Source: Thermoplasmatales archaeon (lineage in GTDB: Archaea > Thermoplasmatota > Thermoplasmata > Thermoplasmatales > Thermoplasmataceae). From it: 64,000 nucleotides of DNA. Shown piece by piece: positions 9,072 through 18,965 of this stretch. Where the stretch lies: the NCBI GenBank assembly GCA_027310185.1, contig DAIDBH010000014.1:1-64000 (forward strand). Reading direction: 5' to 3'. The notes beneath the pieces are model-generated. The model was given only the letters and a program-made list of their open reading frames with translations, searched no databases and was not told where the DNA came from. Position 1 is the first letter of the stretch; each line of letters begins with the position of its first letter. A program made the position numbers and the translations under genes.

Positions 9072-9272
9072 ATGCAAGCTAAGGCAAAGATGGAGTTCGC
9101 ATTTTCAACTGTATTCACTTTACTGCTCAGTTTTATGTTAATATTTATCACAATGCCAAGCAACATATTTGAAAGGATTGTGTTTCTTTCGAGCTGGTCT
9201 ACCATATTAATTTTCACCCTTGGGATTTACATAATGAAATACGGAAACATAAGGAGGAAACCCCTGAAGTAA
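9072..9272 (+). CDS. Small two-TM hypothetical protein
   Basis: 66 aa, two hydrophobic helices and a basic C-tail, located between two tRNAs. Confidence 0.55.
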   Translation: MQAKAKMEFAFSTVFTLLLSFMLIFITMPSNIFERIVFLSSWSTILIFTLGIYIMKYGNIRRKPLK

Positions 9273-9343
9273 AGATAATGAGCTAAAAAACCTATTACAC
9301 TATTGGAAAAGTTTAAGTGAAATTTTAACATTGGCTTTCTTAA

Positions 9344-9417
9344 GGGGTTGTAGCTTAGCTAGGTAGAGCGCCTGGCTCATAACCAGGTGGTCATTGGTTC
9401 GAATCCGATCAGCCCCA
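9344..9417 (+). tRNA. tRNA with CAT anticodon, probably tRNA-Ile2 (agmatidine-modified) rather than Met
   Basis: Acceptor GGGGTTG/CAGCCCC plus A; arm CCTGG-CTCATAA-CCAGG; no intron. It lacks the initiator A1-U72 pair and the 3 G-C anticodon pairs. The Ile2 identity is inferred. Confidence 0.9.
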
Positions 9418-9533
9418 TTTCTAATTTGGTCTAATCTTTAGCTAGTGAAATGCAAGAAATGTGAATTATGATCTAATGAAGAAATACTGCTATAATTATT
9501 TTGACTTGGTTTGGGAATCGTTAAAATAACGGA

Positions 9534-10607
9534 ATGCATACATACGTAATGAAGAACTCAAAGCCTCCACAGGAAACAGTGATTGAAATTTTACAGGACA
9601 TGGGAATGACTGAACTGGAAGCAACGGTATATTCATTTGTTTTCAAGAATGGTGGAGCCACATCTAGGGAAATGTTAAGAGCATTGAATCTTAGGCAGCC
9701 TCAGTTATACGACATTACTTCTGGACTGGAAAGAAAGGGTTTTATCAACGTAATAGTAGGAAGGCCACAGAGGTATGAGGCAGTTAATCCAGAAATAATA
9801 TATGAAAACCGGGAGGAAAACCTGAAACAGATGAGAGGTACCTTCCTGGAGTGGGTGAATAAAAATACACCTGCAGGACACAGAAATGAACCTGAGATAT
9901 TTATTTCAAGGAATGCCAGCGGTTTTCTTACAAATACACTTGATATAATAAAAAAAGCGGAACACTACATTTTCATTCATACTACTCTCTCCTACCTAGG
10001 AAATTTTCTTGATTATCTCGAGGAAAAATCAAGGCGTGGAATTAGGATATTTCTCCTTCTCTTCGATGATGATTACAGTGAGGAGCATTTCAATGAGATT
10101 ATGAAAAGGAATATCTTTTCAAACGTTAGGTATACACGTATTGGTAAATTCTTTGCTGTTATTTCAGACGAGAGTTATTCATCATTCATGCCAAGAAATA
10201 TCCTCCTCGGTGAAAAAAGTGAACAGTATGGATACATCTTCAAAGATGATGATATGACCTGGTTTCTCATTCACAATTTCTTTTCCGGGTGGTTTGTTTC
10301 ATCAGTTATAGATGAACGCATACCTGAAATACCATTAGAATATGATAACCAGAGAATCGCAATCACAGACATACTGTCATTAAAAAGCAAGGGTGCAAAA
10401 GACATAACTGTTTTTATAGATGGGAAATACAGAAAGAGTGGGATGCCAGTAACATTGAATGGATCAGTTTCCAAAATAAATATAAATGAAGATGTTGTTA
10501 ATTTCACAATAAAGGGGAAAGATGGGAAGGAGATCTCAATTGGTGGCTTTGACTCGAAGATTGAAGATGTTATCGCCCATGCGATTACCATAGAGAAAAT
10601 TGCCTGA
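9534..10607 (+). CDS. TrmB-family sugar-responsive transcriptional regulator
   Basis: N-terminal wHTH (LQDMGMTELEATVY...YDITSGLERKGFI..GRPQRY) and a C-terminal effector domain ending IGGFDSKIEDV. Confidence 0.9.
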   Translation: MHTYVMKNSKPPQETVIEILQDMGMTELEATVYSFVFKNGGATSREMLRALNLRQPQLYDITSGLERKGFINVIVGRPQRYEAVNPEIIYENREENLKQMRGTFLEWVNKNTPAGHRNEPEIFISRNASGFLTNTLDIIKKAEHYIFIHTTLSYLGNFLDYLEEKSRRGIRIFLLLFDDDYSEEHFNEIMKRNIFSNVRYTRIGKFFAVISDESYSSFMPRNILLGEKSEQYGYIFKDDDMTWFLIHNFFSGWFVSSVIDERIPEIPLEYDNQRIAITDILSLKSKGAKDITVFIDGKYRKSGMPVTLNGSVSKININEDVVNFTIKGKDGKEISIGGFDSKIEDVIAHAITIEKIA

Positions 10608-10609
10608 CT

Positions 10610-12430
10610 CTAAGGCACGGATATACACTTTCCAGACTTCACTTCAAAATTGTATAAGCTGTCCCTGTATTTCATCCCATTTACCCTGATACCTTCAAAT
10701 TCTTCTGGAATTGTAAACCTGTTATATACATCGAGCTTCCTTCCATCTGGATGAATTCCAAGAAAGTCATGAATTATGTTTTCAATAAAAAGAGCTGCTG
10801 ACCAGGCCTGCATGAAACAGCCAGAAGAATTATTAATAATTTCTGGGAAGCAATAATTGCTGTATTTTCCAATTGAACTCATGTTCATGTAGAGAAATTT
10901 CATTGCGGTCCTGACATCATTATAATTCAGGCTTCCCTTTACAAACATGGAATTGCCATTGGGCATAACATTCCCATTTTGATCAACCTTAATTCCATCT
11001 GAAGTAATCAATTTTGAATAAGCCTCACCACTCTCATTGAGAAACTTCTTATACTGGTTTGTGTGAGCAAAATTGAAGGAGAATGGAAGCACTGATGTCC
11101 AGAAGCCATTGAACTGAGGTATGCCATCCCTGTATCGGTCTGCAAATCCACCAATTTCTTCCATCCACATCTCATTCCTTAGAAATGTGATTTTTTCATC
11201 GATTTCTTTCTTTATTTCTCTCTCATCTATTCTACCAGATTCAATAACTGAATTAATTTTTAGCAGAGAGTTCAGTGATTCTATATAGTTGCATATGGTA
11301 TCAATATCTGTCCCTTCTCCTGCATCCGGATCTTCCATTATTCCAGTACCCTTCACCTCGTGCAGTAATGCTGGGCTGAGTGAACTCATGAACAGGCCTT
11401 CCCTCTCCTTTACCTTTTCAGTTTTGCCAGTATATTCATAAAGGTTCCATACCATGGCAGGGTATGCAATGGTTTCAACGCGATTTCCCTTATTGTATAC
11501 TTTTCCATTGGAAACTATTTCATGTGGTATTCTCCCATCCTGGTTTCTCCCATATTTTTCAAGCACCTTCAGCGTGTTTTCATACTCTTCATTCATCCCT
11601 GAAATTAGCAGCCCTTTTGAGCTGTAATAGGTATCAATACCAAATAACCATGGGAAATCGGGATAGCCTGCAACGATTCCAGAACCCACATCTTTCATAT
11701 CCAGTGCCATCCACATAAGATTCAGGACGGCTAAATTGAAATACTCAGCAATTTTTGTATTTCCAGAAATCGCTGTTTTATTACCCATTGATCTCATGAA
11801 TTGGGAGCGGTAATCCTCCGCTTCCTTCTTTATATTTTTTGATGTAATCTTGCCTGATTCATTTTCCATAACTTTTATTTGAATGATCATGGAATTTTCA
11901 GTCTTGAATGTTATCCTGTTGCGATCATATCTTACTGCTTTGCTTCCTTCTGAACTAATTATTACTCTTCTTCCAAAATTTTTTTCAATTATGACTATGG
12001 AACTGTCCTTTTTAGAAATGCTGAAATCTGTGTCCCTGTCACTGAACCATACTGGCATAATGCCTAATTCAAGAACTATTTCAACAGGTTCTATGTTCCA
12101 TTTGTCTCTTTCCAGTTCTACCAGAAAACTGTTTCCATCTGCAACCAGAAATTTCAAGGCCATTTCCACAAATTCAAATTTAACAGATGTATAGTCTCTG
12201 GTAACGGCTTCCGGGATCATCATTTTTCCATTTCTTTCTAGAGTTATCCATTTCAGTACCCTTATGGGTGGAAACCAGAGACCATTCATCTCATTCTTGA
12301 TGTGATATCCAAGTCCCTCAGGTTTAAGGTCGGTGAATCCGATATAGTAGTAACTTCTTCCACTAAGGACGAAGGGTTTTCCATCCTGGCTTTTCGTTTG
12401 TGGTAACATGTATCCCATTTCAAACCACAT
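10610..12430 (-). CDS. Six-hairpin glycoside hydrolase (amylo-alpha-1,6-glucosidase/GDE-like)
   Basis: AGYPDFPWLFGID, GRIPHEI, FPEI and CFMQAWSAA motifs. Confidence 0.8.
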   Translation of the reverse strand: MWFEMGYMLPQTKSQDGKPFVLSGRSYYYIGFTDLKPEGLGYHIKNEMNGLWFPPIRVLKWITLERNGKMMIPEAVTRDYTSVKFEFVEMALKFLVADGNSFLVELERDKWNIEPVEIVLELGIMPVWFSDRDTDFSISKKDSSIVIIEKNFGRRVIISSEGSKAVRYDRNRITFKTENSMIIQIKVMENESGKITSKNIKKEAEDYRSQFMRSMGNKTAISGNTKIAEYFNLAVLNLMWMALDMKDVGSGIVAGYPDFPWLFGIDTYYSSKGLLISGMNEEYENTLKVLEKYGRNQDGRIPHEIVSNGKVYNKGNRVETIAYPAMVWNLYEYTGKTEKVKEREGLFMSSLSPALLHEVKGTGIMEDPDAGEGTDIDTICNYIESLNSLLKINSVIESGRIDEREIKKEIDEKITFLRNEMWMEEIGGFADRYRDGIPQFNGFWTSVLPFSFNFAHTNQYKKFLNESGEAYSKLITSDGIKVDQNGNVMPNGNSMFVKGSLNYNDVRTAMKFLYMNMSSIGKYSNYCFPEIINNSSGCFMQAWSAALFIENIIHDFLGIHPDGRKLDVYNRFTIPEEFEGIRVNGMKYRDSLYNFEVKSGKCISVP

Positions 12431-14447
12431 TTTCCCTGCTTAGATTGATGGCCCATTCATTTTTTTCTATGTATTTAGATATATCACTCACCTCCTTCCT
12501 GTTTCCTTTCCTTACAGTGATGTTGAATACATTATTCCTGAATGGGAAATTGAGCAGCTTGACTTCGTCCCAATCTTCAGGTATGTGCGGATTCATAATT
12601 TCCGAAGGATCATCCTCTGTAGGTATTCTTTCAAAGCCGAGCATGCCCTCCATTATTGATTGAATGAACAGGCTGGAAGACCACCCCTGGAAAAACTGGC
12701 CCTCAGCGTAAAGGAATTCCGGATTATATGTCTCGTTGATTCTTCCAGGTTCAAGGCCTGCGAATGCCAGCCTCGTGAATGTTTCAATCATGTCGAAGCC
12801 CTGTGTATACATTGAGTTATTATACAGGGCAAGCGCCATCCAGCCTGTCATTAAGGGCCATATTGTTCCGGTGTGATAGCCGCCATCGTAAAACCTATCC
12901 CTGTTCGATACAGATCTTACGCCCCACTCAGTTACTAGATCTGGCTGATACAGCCATTTTAACCCTCTCTTGAATTCAGGACCACTGAAATACATGGCAG
13001 GCACAATCTGCATTGCCCCTTTTATGTTCCGCTCTTTATCACCGTTTATCGAGTCAAGGATTTCAATCCCTTTTTCTGTAGATCTGTAAAATGTCTTTGT
13101 ATAATGATCGAGCAGATTCTCAAAGCGCTTCTCAGATTCCACATTCTTCTCACCTGAGATTCTCATTGCTTCGAGCCACCAGGCATTCACATCCACGCAT
13201 ATGCCATCCCTTTCCTGTGCCCATGATTCCGGCCATCCGATTAGACCTTCTGAGAACCTGTTTTCCAGTAAGCCATCCCCATCCCTGTCACATGAATGGC
13301 AGAAATTCATCACCGTCCGTATTGCTTCCAGATCAGGTTTTCTTCCTGTCCATCCGGATAACATATTCTGGCATATTACCCATAGTGGCGAACTGTCTAT
13401 GGACATGAACTGTGTTGATACTGCGGCACTTCCTATTTTGTAATTCTTGCCGTCAATATGACCCTCATTTGATAGTGGTATCTCATGTGGGATTCTTCCA
13501 TTTCTTGAGAATGAATAGAGCATATCCAGATGATCCTGTGCAAGACTTCCCATCCCACATTCCATAGCAGCCATAGACATCCACTCCCCATCCCTTCCGA
13601 AGAACCACGAAAATTGCGGTATACCTGCATAAAATCCACTTCCAATAGGTGTAGGCGTGAATAATTCCAGAAGGTCATGCTTTGACCACCTGAACAGCTT
13701 GTTAATCCTGAATGAAGGCGTTACTAAGTTCGATATGCTGTTTGTCTTTTCGTTGTACCTGATAGAATCTTCAATGTCTCCCTTTTCTGGAGGTGAGCCA
13801 TCACAGGACACATAGACTCCCATGCATGAGGAGAAATCTGACCCTATGGTTATGTTGCTATCATGGACGGAAACTTCAATCTTTCCATCACTGCTGTAAT
13901 ATATCCTTGTAGATGAAATGCTACTGCTTATCTCGATATATTTATCGTTCTCAAAGATCCTGTAGTCCTTACCAACACTTGACTGCGGCCACGCTGTCTC
14001 ATGGAGGATCTGGATATTTACCTCAAATCTGACCTTTTTTTCTGACCTGAGTTCCATTTCCAGTATTGCGTTTTTGGTGGATATAAAGTCGAGTCTTTCA
14101 AATTCCTCATACTGCCTGTAAATATATGAAAATCCCCTGACATATTTCAGGAAAGTGAGCTTTTCACTTCTACCGTTCACCTTAATGTCCAGCCCGGACA
14201 TGTGCTGTGTGTCAAAATTCCACAGCCCTACCCTCCTTCTGGGAGAAATCCATGATTCTATAGAACCATTCTGCCCACTGACAAAGTGAACCGGACCGTT
14301 CTTAATTGCTGAGCTATAGAAACCGTCACTTTTTGAAGTATCTCTCTCCACAATCCAGTGATCCATATCTCTCTCGTTGTCACCGGATGTGAGATTTCTA
14401 CAAAAATTCATTATGCCTTCAATTTCCTTCAAATTATCACTTTCCAT
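12420..14447 (-). CDS. Amylo-alpha-1,6-glucosidase/GDE-like glycoside hydrolase
   Basis: AGIPQFSWFFGRDG, GRIPHEI, SIDSSPLW, YHTGTIWP and QGWSSS motifs. Confidence 0.85.
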   Translation of the reverse strand: MESDNLKEIEGIMNFCRNLTSGDNERDMDHWIVERDTSKSDGFYSSAIKNGPVHFVSGQNGSIESWISPRRRVGLWNFDTQHMSGLDIKVNGRSEKLTFLKYVRGFSYIYRQYEEFERLDFISTKNAILEMELRSEKKVRFEVNIQILHETAWPQSSVGKDYRIFENDKYIEISSSISSTRIYYSSDGKIEVSVHDSNITIGSDFSSCMGVYVSCDGSPPEKGDIEDSIRYNEKTNSISNLVTPSFRINKLFRWSKHDLLELFTPTPIGSGFYAGIPQFSWFFGRDGEWMSMAAMECGMGSLAQDHLDMLYSFSRNGRIPHEIPLSNEGHIDGKNYKIGSAAVSTQFMSIDSSPLWVICQNMLSGWTGRKPDLEAIRTVMNFCHSCDRDGDGLLENRFSEGLIGWPESWAQERDGICVDVNAWWLEAMRISGEKNVESEKRFENLLDHYTKTFYRSTEKGIEILDSINGDKERNIKGAMQIVPAMYFSGPEFKRGLKWLYQPDLVTEWGVRSVSNRDRFYDGGYHTGTIWPLMTGWMALALYNNSMYTQGFDMIETFTRLAFAGLEPGRINETYNPEFLYAEGQFFQGWSSSLFIQSIMEGMLGFERIPTEDDPSEIMNPHIPEDWDEVKLLNFPFRNNVFNITVRKGNRKEVSDISKYIEKNEWAINLSRENVV

Positions 14448-15582
14448 TTTTATATTTTACCAGCTTTTCCGGGGGATGAACTTTCAGTATGGGATTTTTT
14501 ATTCTCAGTCCATCAGGACCAAACACGTAAAATCTTTCTGAATCAACGGAAAATCTCAATTCAGCACCGGGTTTAAGGTCAAATACATCAGTTTTTGTTC
14601 TTGACTCCCTTGAGAGCGCAATGGTTATGTCGCTGCTTCCAAGCTCAACCTTTATCTGAATGACTGATCCCAGGAATTCCAGTGTCTTCAAGGTCGTCCT
14701 GATTTCCCCTTCCTCCGTCATCTTGAAATCTGTTGGCCTTATTCCAATGGTCAGCTTATCCGGCAGATCAGGAGATTCAAATTCGAGTCCAAATGGTGTT
14801 GCCTCACTTTCTGAATCCAGTATGAACATGTGTGGGTTGACCTTATTTTTCACAAAATTAAAAGTGTTCATCGCCGGTGAACCAACAAAAGTGGCAACAA
14901 AAACATGCTCTGGATTGTCGTAAAGTTCTCTTGGTGCTCCCTCCTGGATTTTCACCCCATTATTCAATACAACAATCCTGTCTGCCATGGACATTGCTTC
15001 AATCTGGTCATGTGTTACATACAGGATGCTCTTTTTTGTAAGCCTGTGAAAATGAATGAGTTCTTCCCTCATCTCGTCCCGGAACTTTGCATCAAGACCA
15101 GTTAATGGCTCATCCATAAGATATATTACAGGATCCCGAATCATTGCCCTTGCAAGACCGACTCTCTGTGCCTGTCCACCGGATATCTCCCTTGGCTTCC
15201 TGGAGAGAATTGTGCTTATGCCTACTATCTTCGCCACATCATTTACCCTCCTGTCTATTTCATCCTTTGACACACCCTTCATCTTCAGATTCAGCGCAAT
15301 GTTATTGTATACGGTCATGTGTGGATACAGTGCCTGGTTCTGGAATACCATGGCGACATTTCTTTCCGAAGGATGGATATCGTTCATCACCTCACCGTTT
15401 ATCACTACGTCACCAGAATCCTGTATTATCAGTCCTGCAATTATCCTGAGGATAGTGCTTTTCCCACCTCCAGAAGGCCCCAGGATAGCCACAAATTCTC
15501 CATCAGCTATGTGCAGATCAAAATCCTTAAGTGCTACGGTTGAACCGTAAGCCATGTTCAGTTTTTTTAATTCTATTGCCAT
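14437..15582 (-). CDS. Sugar ABC transporter ATP-binding protein (MalK-like)
   Basis: Walker A GPSGGGKS, ISGGQAQR, Walker B YLMDEP, VTHDQ. Confidence 0.95.
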   Translation of the reverse strand: MAIELKKLNMAYGSTVALKDFDLHIADGEFVAILGPSGGGKSTILRIIAGLIIQDSGDVVINGEVMNDIHPSERNVAMVFQNQALYPHMTVYNNIALNLKMKGVSKDEIDRRVNDVAKIVGISTILSRKPREISGGQAQRVGLARAMIRDPVIYLMDEPLTGLDAKFRDEMREELIHFHRLTKKSILYVTHDQIEAMSMADRIVVLNNGVKIQEGAPRELYDNPEHVFVATFVGSPAMNTFNFVKNKVNPHMFILDSESEATPFGLEFESPDLPDKLTIGIRPTDFKMTEEGEIRTTLKTLEFLGSVIQIKVELGSSDITIALSRESRTKTDVFDLKPGAELRFSVDSERFYVFGPDGLRIKNPILKVHPPEKLVKYKNGK

Positions 15583-15587
15583 TATTA

Positions 15588-16511
15588 TTACCCCTTCACT
15601 CCTGAGAGTGCGAATCCCTCAACGAAGTATCTTTCAAACATGATATAAATCACAAGAGTTGGTATCAACGTCAGGAATACAACCATCATCATTTCATTCC
15701 AGTATATCTGTGTCCCATTTACACCCTTGAAGAAATTCAGGACAAGTGGAAGAGTGAATAGTTTCTGTGAATGAACCTCCATTAAGGGCCAGAGAAAGTT
15801 ATTCCATGTTCCGATGAAAGTATAGATTGTTGCTGCTGCAAATGCAGGCTTTGCCATTGGTGCTGATATTTTGTAGAAAATCTGGAAAGGTGATAATCCA
15901 TCAAGCTTCGCTGCATTCTCTACATCTGCTGGAATTGTCATGAAGTACTGCCTGAATATGAAGACGTTGAGTCCGGATACGATCTCTGGAAGAATGAGAC
16001 CCTGATATGTGCTGATCCATCCAAGATCCAGCATGAATATGTATGAAGCTATCGATATTACTGGAAACGGTATCATCAGTGTTGCAAGCACAGCGTAGAA
16101 TAGAAGATCCCTGCCCTTGAAGTGAAGCCGGGCGAATGCATAACCTGCTGCTGATCCCACAAGTACGCTTCCTGAAACAACTACTGCAGCCACAAACACA
16201 CTGTTGAAATACCACAGTGGAAACGAGCCAAAGCTTACCACCGACCTGAAATTTGCAACCAGGTTTCCTACACTTGTCAGACTGAACGGATTCAGGTCCG
16301 GAGGAAAATGAGCAAAGATACTGCTCCTGAACATTTTCAGGAACATCCAGTAGAATGGCAGCATATATATGATGACAAGAATGATGCTCAGTATGTATAT
16401 CACGGCTTTTTTGGCAGGTCCTATGGAAAGCAACATATCGTATACGTCCTTCTTCCTGTTTTTCCTGATGGATCGAGCCTGTGAATCACTGGATTTGTTT
16501 TTAAACATCAT
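15588..16511 (-). CDS. Sugar ABC transporter permease (MalG-like)
   Basis: AGYAFARL, EAA loop ENAAKLDG, WNNFLWP. Confidence 0.93.
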   Translation of the reverse strand: MMFKNKSSDSQARSIRKNRKKDVYDMLLSIGPAKKAVIYILSIILVIIYMLPFYWMFLKMFRSSIFAHFPPDLNPFSLTSVGNLVANFRSVVSFGSFPLWYFNSVFVAAVVVSGSVLVGSAAGYAFARLHFKGRDLLFYAVLATLMIPFPVISIASYIFMLDLGWISTYQGLILPEIVSGLNVFIFRQYFMTIPADVENAAKLDGLSPFQIFYKISAPMAKPAFAAATIYTFIGTWNNFLWPLMEVHSQKLFTLPLVLNFFKGVNGTQIYWNEMMMVVFLTLIPTLVIYIMFERYFVEGFALSGVKG

Positions 16512-17419
16512 GACCACCTCGTTTCCTTAAGATATCTTCTCTGCATAAGCGTGATGACCAGAATGGCAAAGAAAAGTATAAAGGAAGCTGCAGCAGATAA
16601 CCCAACCTCACCAAAGTAGATGAATGTACGGTTATAGATGAACATCAATGGGACATAAGTCGCATGGGAAGGTCCGCCATCTGTTATGACATAAATCTGG
16701 TCAAATAACTGCATGGAGCCGATTATTCCCAGGATGACAACAATAAAAGTCGTGAAATTGAGCATTGGTGCATAAATATACCTGAATCTGTGCCAGCCAG
16801 ACTTTACACCATCAAGACTTGCTGCCTCAAGAACACTCCTCGGGATTGTTTGCAGTCCTGCAATGTAAATGATCATGAAGTATGGTGTTGTTGAGAATAT
16901 GTTTAGCGCCATTATGGCTGGAAACGCATATGTTGTGCTGAAAAAGAAATTTATGGGCTTTACTCCGAAGAATGATGTGAAATAATTTATCAATCCCTGA
17001 TCAGAGAAGACCCAGATGAATATGATTGATAGTGCAACAGATGAGACGATTGCAGGAATGAAGACGAAAGCCCTGGAAATCCTGGATACCAGCATTTTGT
17101 GATTGAAAAGGATAGCAAACATGAATGCCAGCAGGGTCTGTATTGTGACAACTACAACCGTATAGTAGAGAACATCCAGAAGTGCCTTTGCAAAGAGTCC
17201 ACTGTGAAGTACGGTATCATAGTTTGCAAGTCCTACGAAGAACACTATATGACCAAAGGGGTTGTAATGGAAAAGACTGATTGCAAAGGAATATACGGCA
17301 GGAAAAAAGGTAAACACTACAATCAGGGTCATCAAAGGAGCAACCAGAAGGTAGCCATACCTTGCCTCCAGCTTCAGATCAATCTTTTTTTTCTTATTTT
17401 TTAATGAAGTGCTGTTCAT
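16508..17419 (-). CDS. Sugar ABC transporter permease (MalF-like)
   Basis: FVGLANY, EAASLDG, FDQIYVITDGGP. Confidence 0.93.
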   Translation of the reverse strand: MNSTSLKNKKKKIDLKLEARYGYLLVAPLMTLIVVFTFFPAVYSFAISLFHYNPFGHIVFFVGLANYDTVLHSGLFAKALLDVLYYTVVVVTIQTLLAFMFAILFNHKMLVSRISRAFVFIPAIVSSVALSIIFIWVFSDQGLINYFTSFFGVKPINFFFSTTYAFPAIMALNIFSTTPYFMIIYIAGLQTIPRSVLEAASLDGVKSGWHRFRYIYAPMLNFTTFIVVILGIIGSMQLFDQIYVITDGGPSHATYVPLMFIYNRTFIYFGEVGLSAAASFILFFAILVITLMQRRYLKETRWS

Positions 17420-17471
17420 GATTATATCATCGCCTTAAAATGTTTAGTTGTAAATAAAATATTTTAAAAAA

Positions 17472-18797
17472 TTAGAGGGTTGATGTACCAGCAAGTGAAG
17501 CATTGGTCACATCAAGCATTTCCGTTAGAGCCTTGTTTAATGATAAAGTTCCTGCAAAAAGGCTTGCGTAAACATTGTGCACATCAAGCTCTGTTGCCTC
17601 GAAGTTAGTTGTGTTATAGTTCCACCCATATGCATATGGGAACTGCTTTCCGACAAATGACTGGATCGGGAAATGTGAACTGTACCATGAACTATCAAGG
17701 ATAGCTGTTCTTGATGGAAGTGCAAGTCCTTCAGATACCCAGAGCTTTTCTCCAACGGGTCCGGTGAAGAATTCCACAAACTGATCTGCTATCCATTTCT
17801 GTGTTCCTACCAGGGCGCTGTTTACACCAAGACCCACGTTGAACATCATGGTTGCTTTAATTCCTGTTGGTCCAGCTGGCATGTAGTAGTAACCAACATC
17901 TGACATCTTGCCTGCGAAATAGGCACCGCTTGCATTAAGAACTGGGACAGTCCAGGTTCCACTTACTATCATTCCGATGTTTCCAGCTGCAAAGTCGCCA
18001 CCATTCCAGCCTGCGCTGAAATTGGAGTTCAATTTTGCCAAACCACTTGAATAAAGATCATACCAGTAGGAGAAACCTTCCTTGAATGCGGTCGTGTTAT
18101 TTACTGCTGCATCTCCTTTTTCGTTTATCCAGTCTCCTCCAGCTTCGTGCATGAATGCAAGTGCCCTTGCCACCTGTGGACCAATTACCATTGGGGTTAC
18201 ATCCTTTATTCCCAGGGATGAGGCCATTGATTCATTCGCCTTCAGCATCTCAAGGGTCTGCTTCATTGTTGTCCAGTTCCATGTCCCATTTCCAGGGTAT
18301 TGAACATGTTCAGCACTGAATATGGCCTTGTTGTAAAATACTGCCAGAGGGCTCCAGTCCTTTGGAGCTGCATACAGTCCACCCTTGTAGGAAAATGTCT
18401 TCAGGATAGATGGTGCAAAACCACTGATATTGTATGATGTGTTTGCTGTTAGTATCGGCTTAAGATTTTGCAGATAACCCTCCGAAGCAAATTCTGGCAG
18501 TGCACTGTTTTCCATATAGAAAACACCAGGAGCACTGTTTGTTGCAAATTCCGTACCCAGTGTTGGGTAGAAATCGTTCAGTGATTGGAAGGTAACAGAA
18601 ACATTTGTATGCTCACTGTTAAAAGTGTTTACCATGTTCTGGTCAAATGTATACTCTTCCCCACTGGAAACTGCAGCCGCAAAAATGATTGACTGCTTAC
18701 TCGACTTTGCTGGATGATAGACCTCAAAATAAATGCCCAGACCAGCTACAATAACTATGATAACTACAACGATTGAATAAATCGCCTTCTTGTTCAT
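17472..18797 (-). CDS. Sugar ABC transporter substrate-binding protein, N-terminally anchored
   Basis: MNKK plus hydrophobic anchor; YAAPKDWSPLAVFYNK; FAAGNIGMIVSGTW. Start set at 18797 from promoter spacing. Confidence 0.9.
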   Translation of the reverse strand: MNKKAIYSIVVVIIVIVAGLGIYFEVYHPAKSSKQSIIFAAAVSSGEEYTFDQNMVNTFNSEHTNVSVTFQSLNDFYPTLGTEFATNSAPGVFYMENSALPEFASEGYLQNLKPILTANTSYNISGFAPSILKTFSYKGGLYAAPKDWSPLAVFYNKAIFSAEHVQYPGNGTWNWTTMKQTLEMLKANESMASSLGIKDVTPMVIGPQVARALAFMHEAGGDWINEKGDAAVNNTTAFKEGFSYWYDLYSSGLAKLNSNFSAGWNGGDFAAGNIGMIVSGTWTVPVLNASGAYFAGKMSDVGYYYMPAGPTGIKATMMFNVGLGVNSALVGTQKWIADQFVEFFTGPVGEKLWVSEGLALPSRTAILDSSWYSSHFPIQSFVGKQFPYAYGWNYNTTNFEATELDVHNVYASLFAGTLSLNKALTEMLDVTNASLAGTSTL

Positions 18798-18812
18798 GGT
18801 TTCATCTCTAAG

Positions 18813-18838
18813 TATACTAATGAAGATTAGTATATAAA
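18813..18838 (-). promoter_or_regulatory. Sugar-operon TATA box with overlapping palindromic operator (candidate TrmB site)
   Basis: Perfect inverted repeat TATACTAAT-GAAG-ATTAGTATA (18813-18834) overlaps minus-strand TTTATATA (18838-18831), about 34 bp upstream of the ATG. Confidence 0.7.
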
Positions 18839-18965
18839 TTTTATTTTGCACCACTGACTGTATAAATAGTTCAATTGGAATATTGCAGAATATGTTGCTG
18901 CATTGAACAGATTCTCAATATATACCTGAGATATAATGAGAATGCTTTTTAAACTGACACGCCAT

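Noticed and set aside
9344-9417. Initiator tRNA-Met
   Set aside because: No A1-U72 pair and no three consecutive G-C pairs closing the anticodon stem.
18798-18854. N-terminal extension of the SBP ORF to 18854
   Set aside because: It spans the TATA box and operator; MNKK at 18797 gives a normal anchor.
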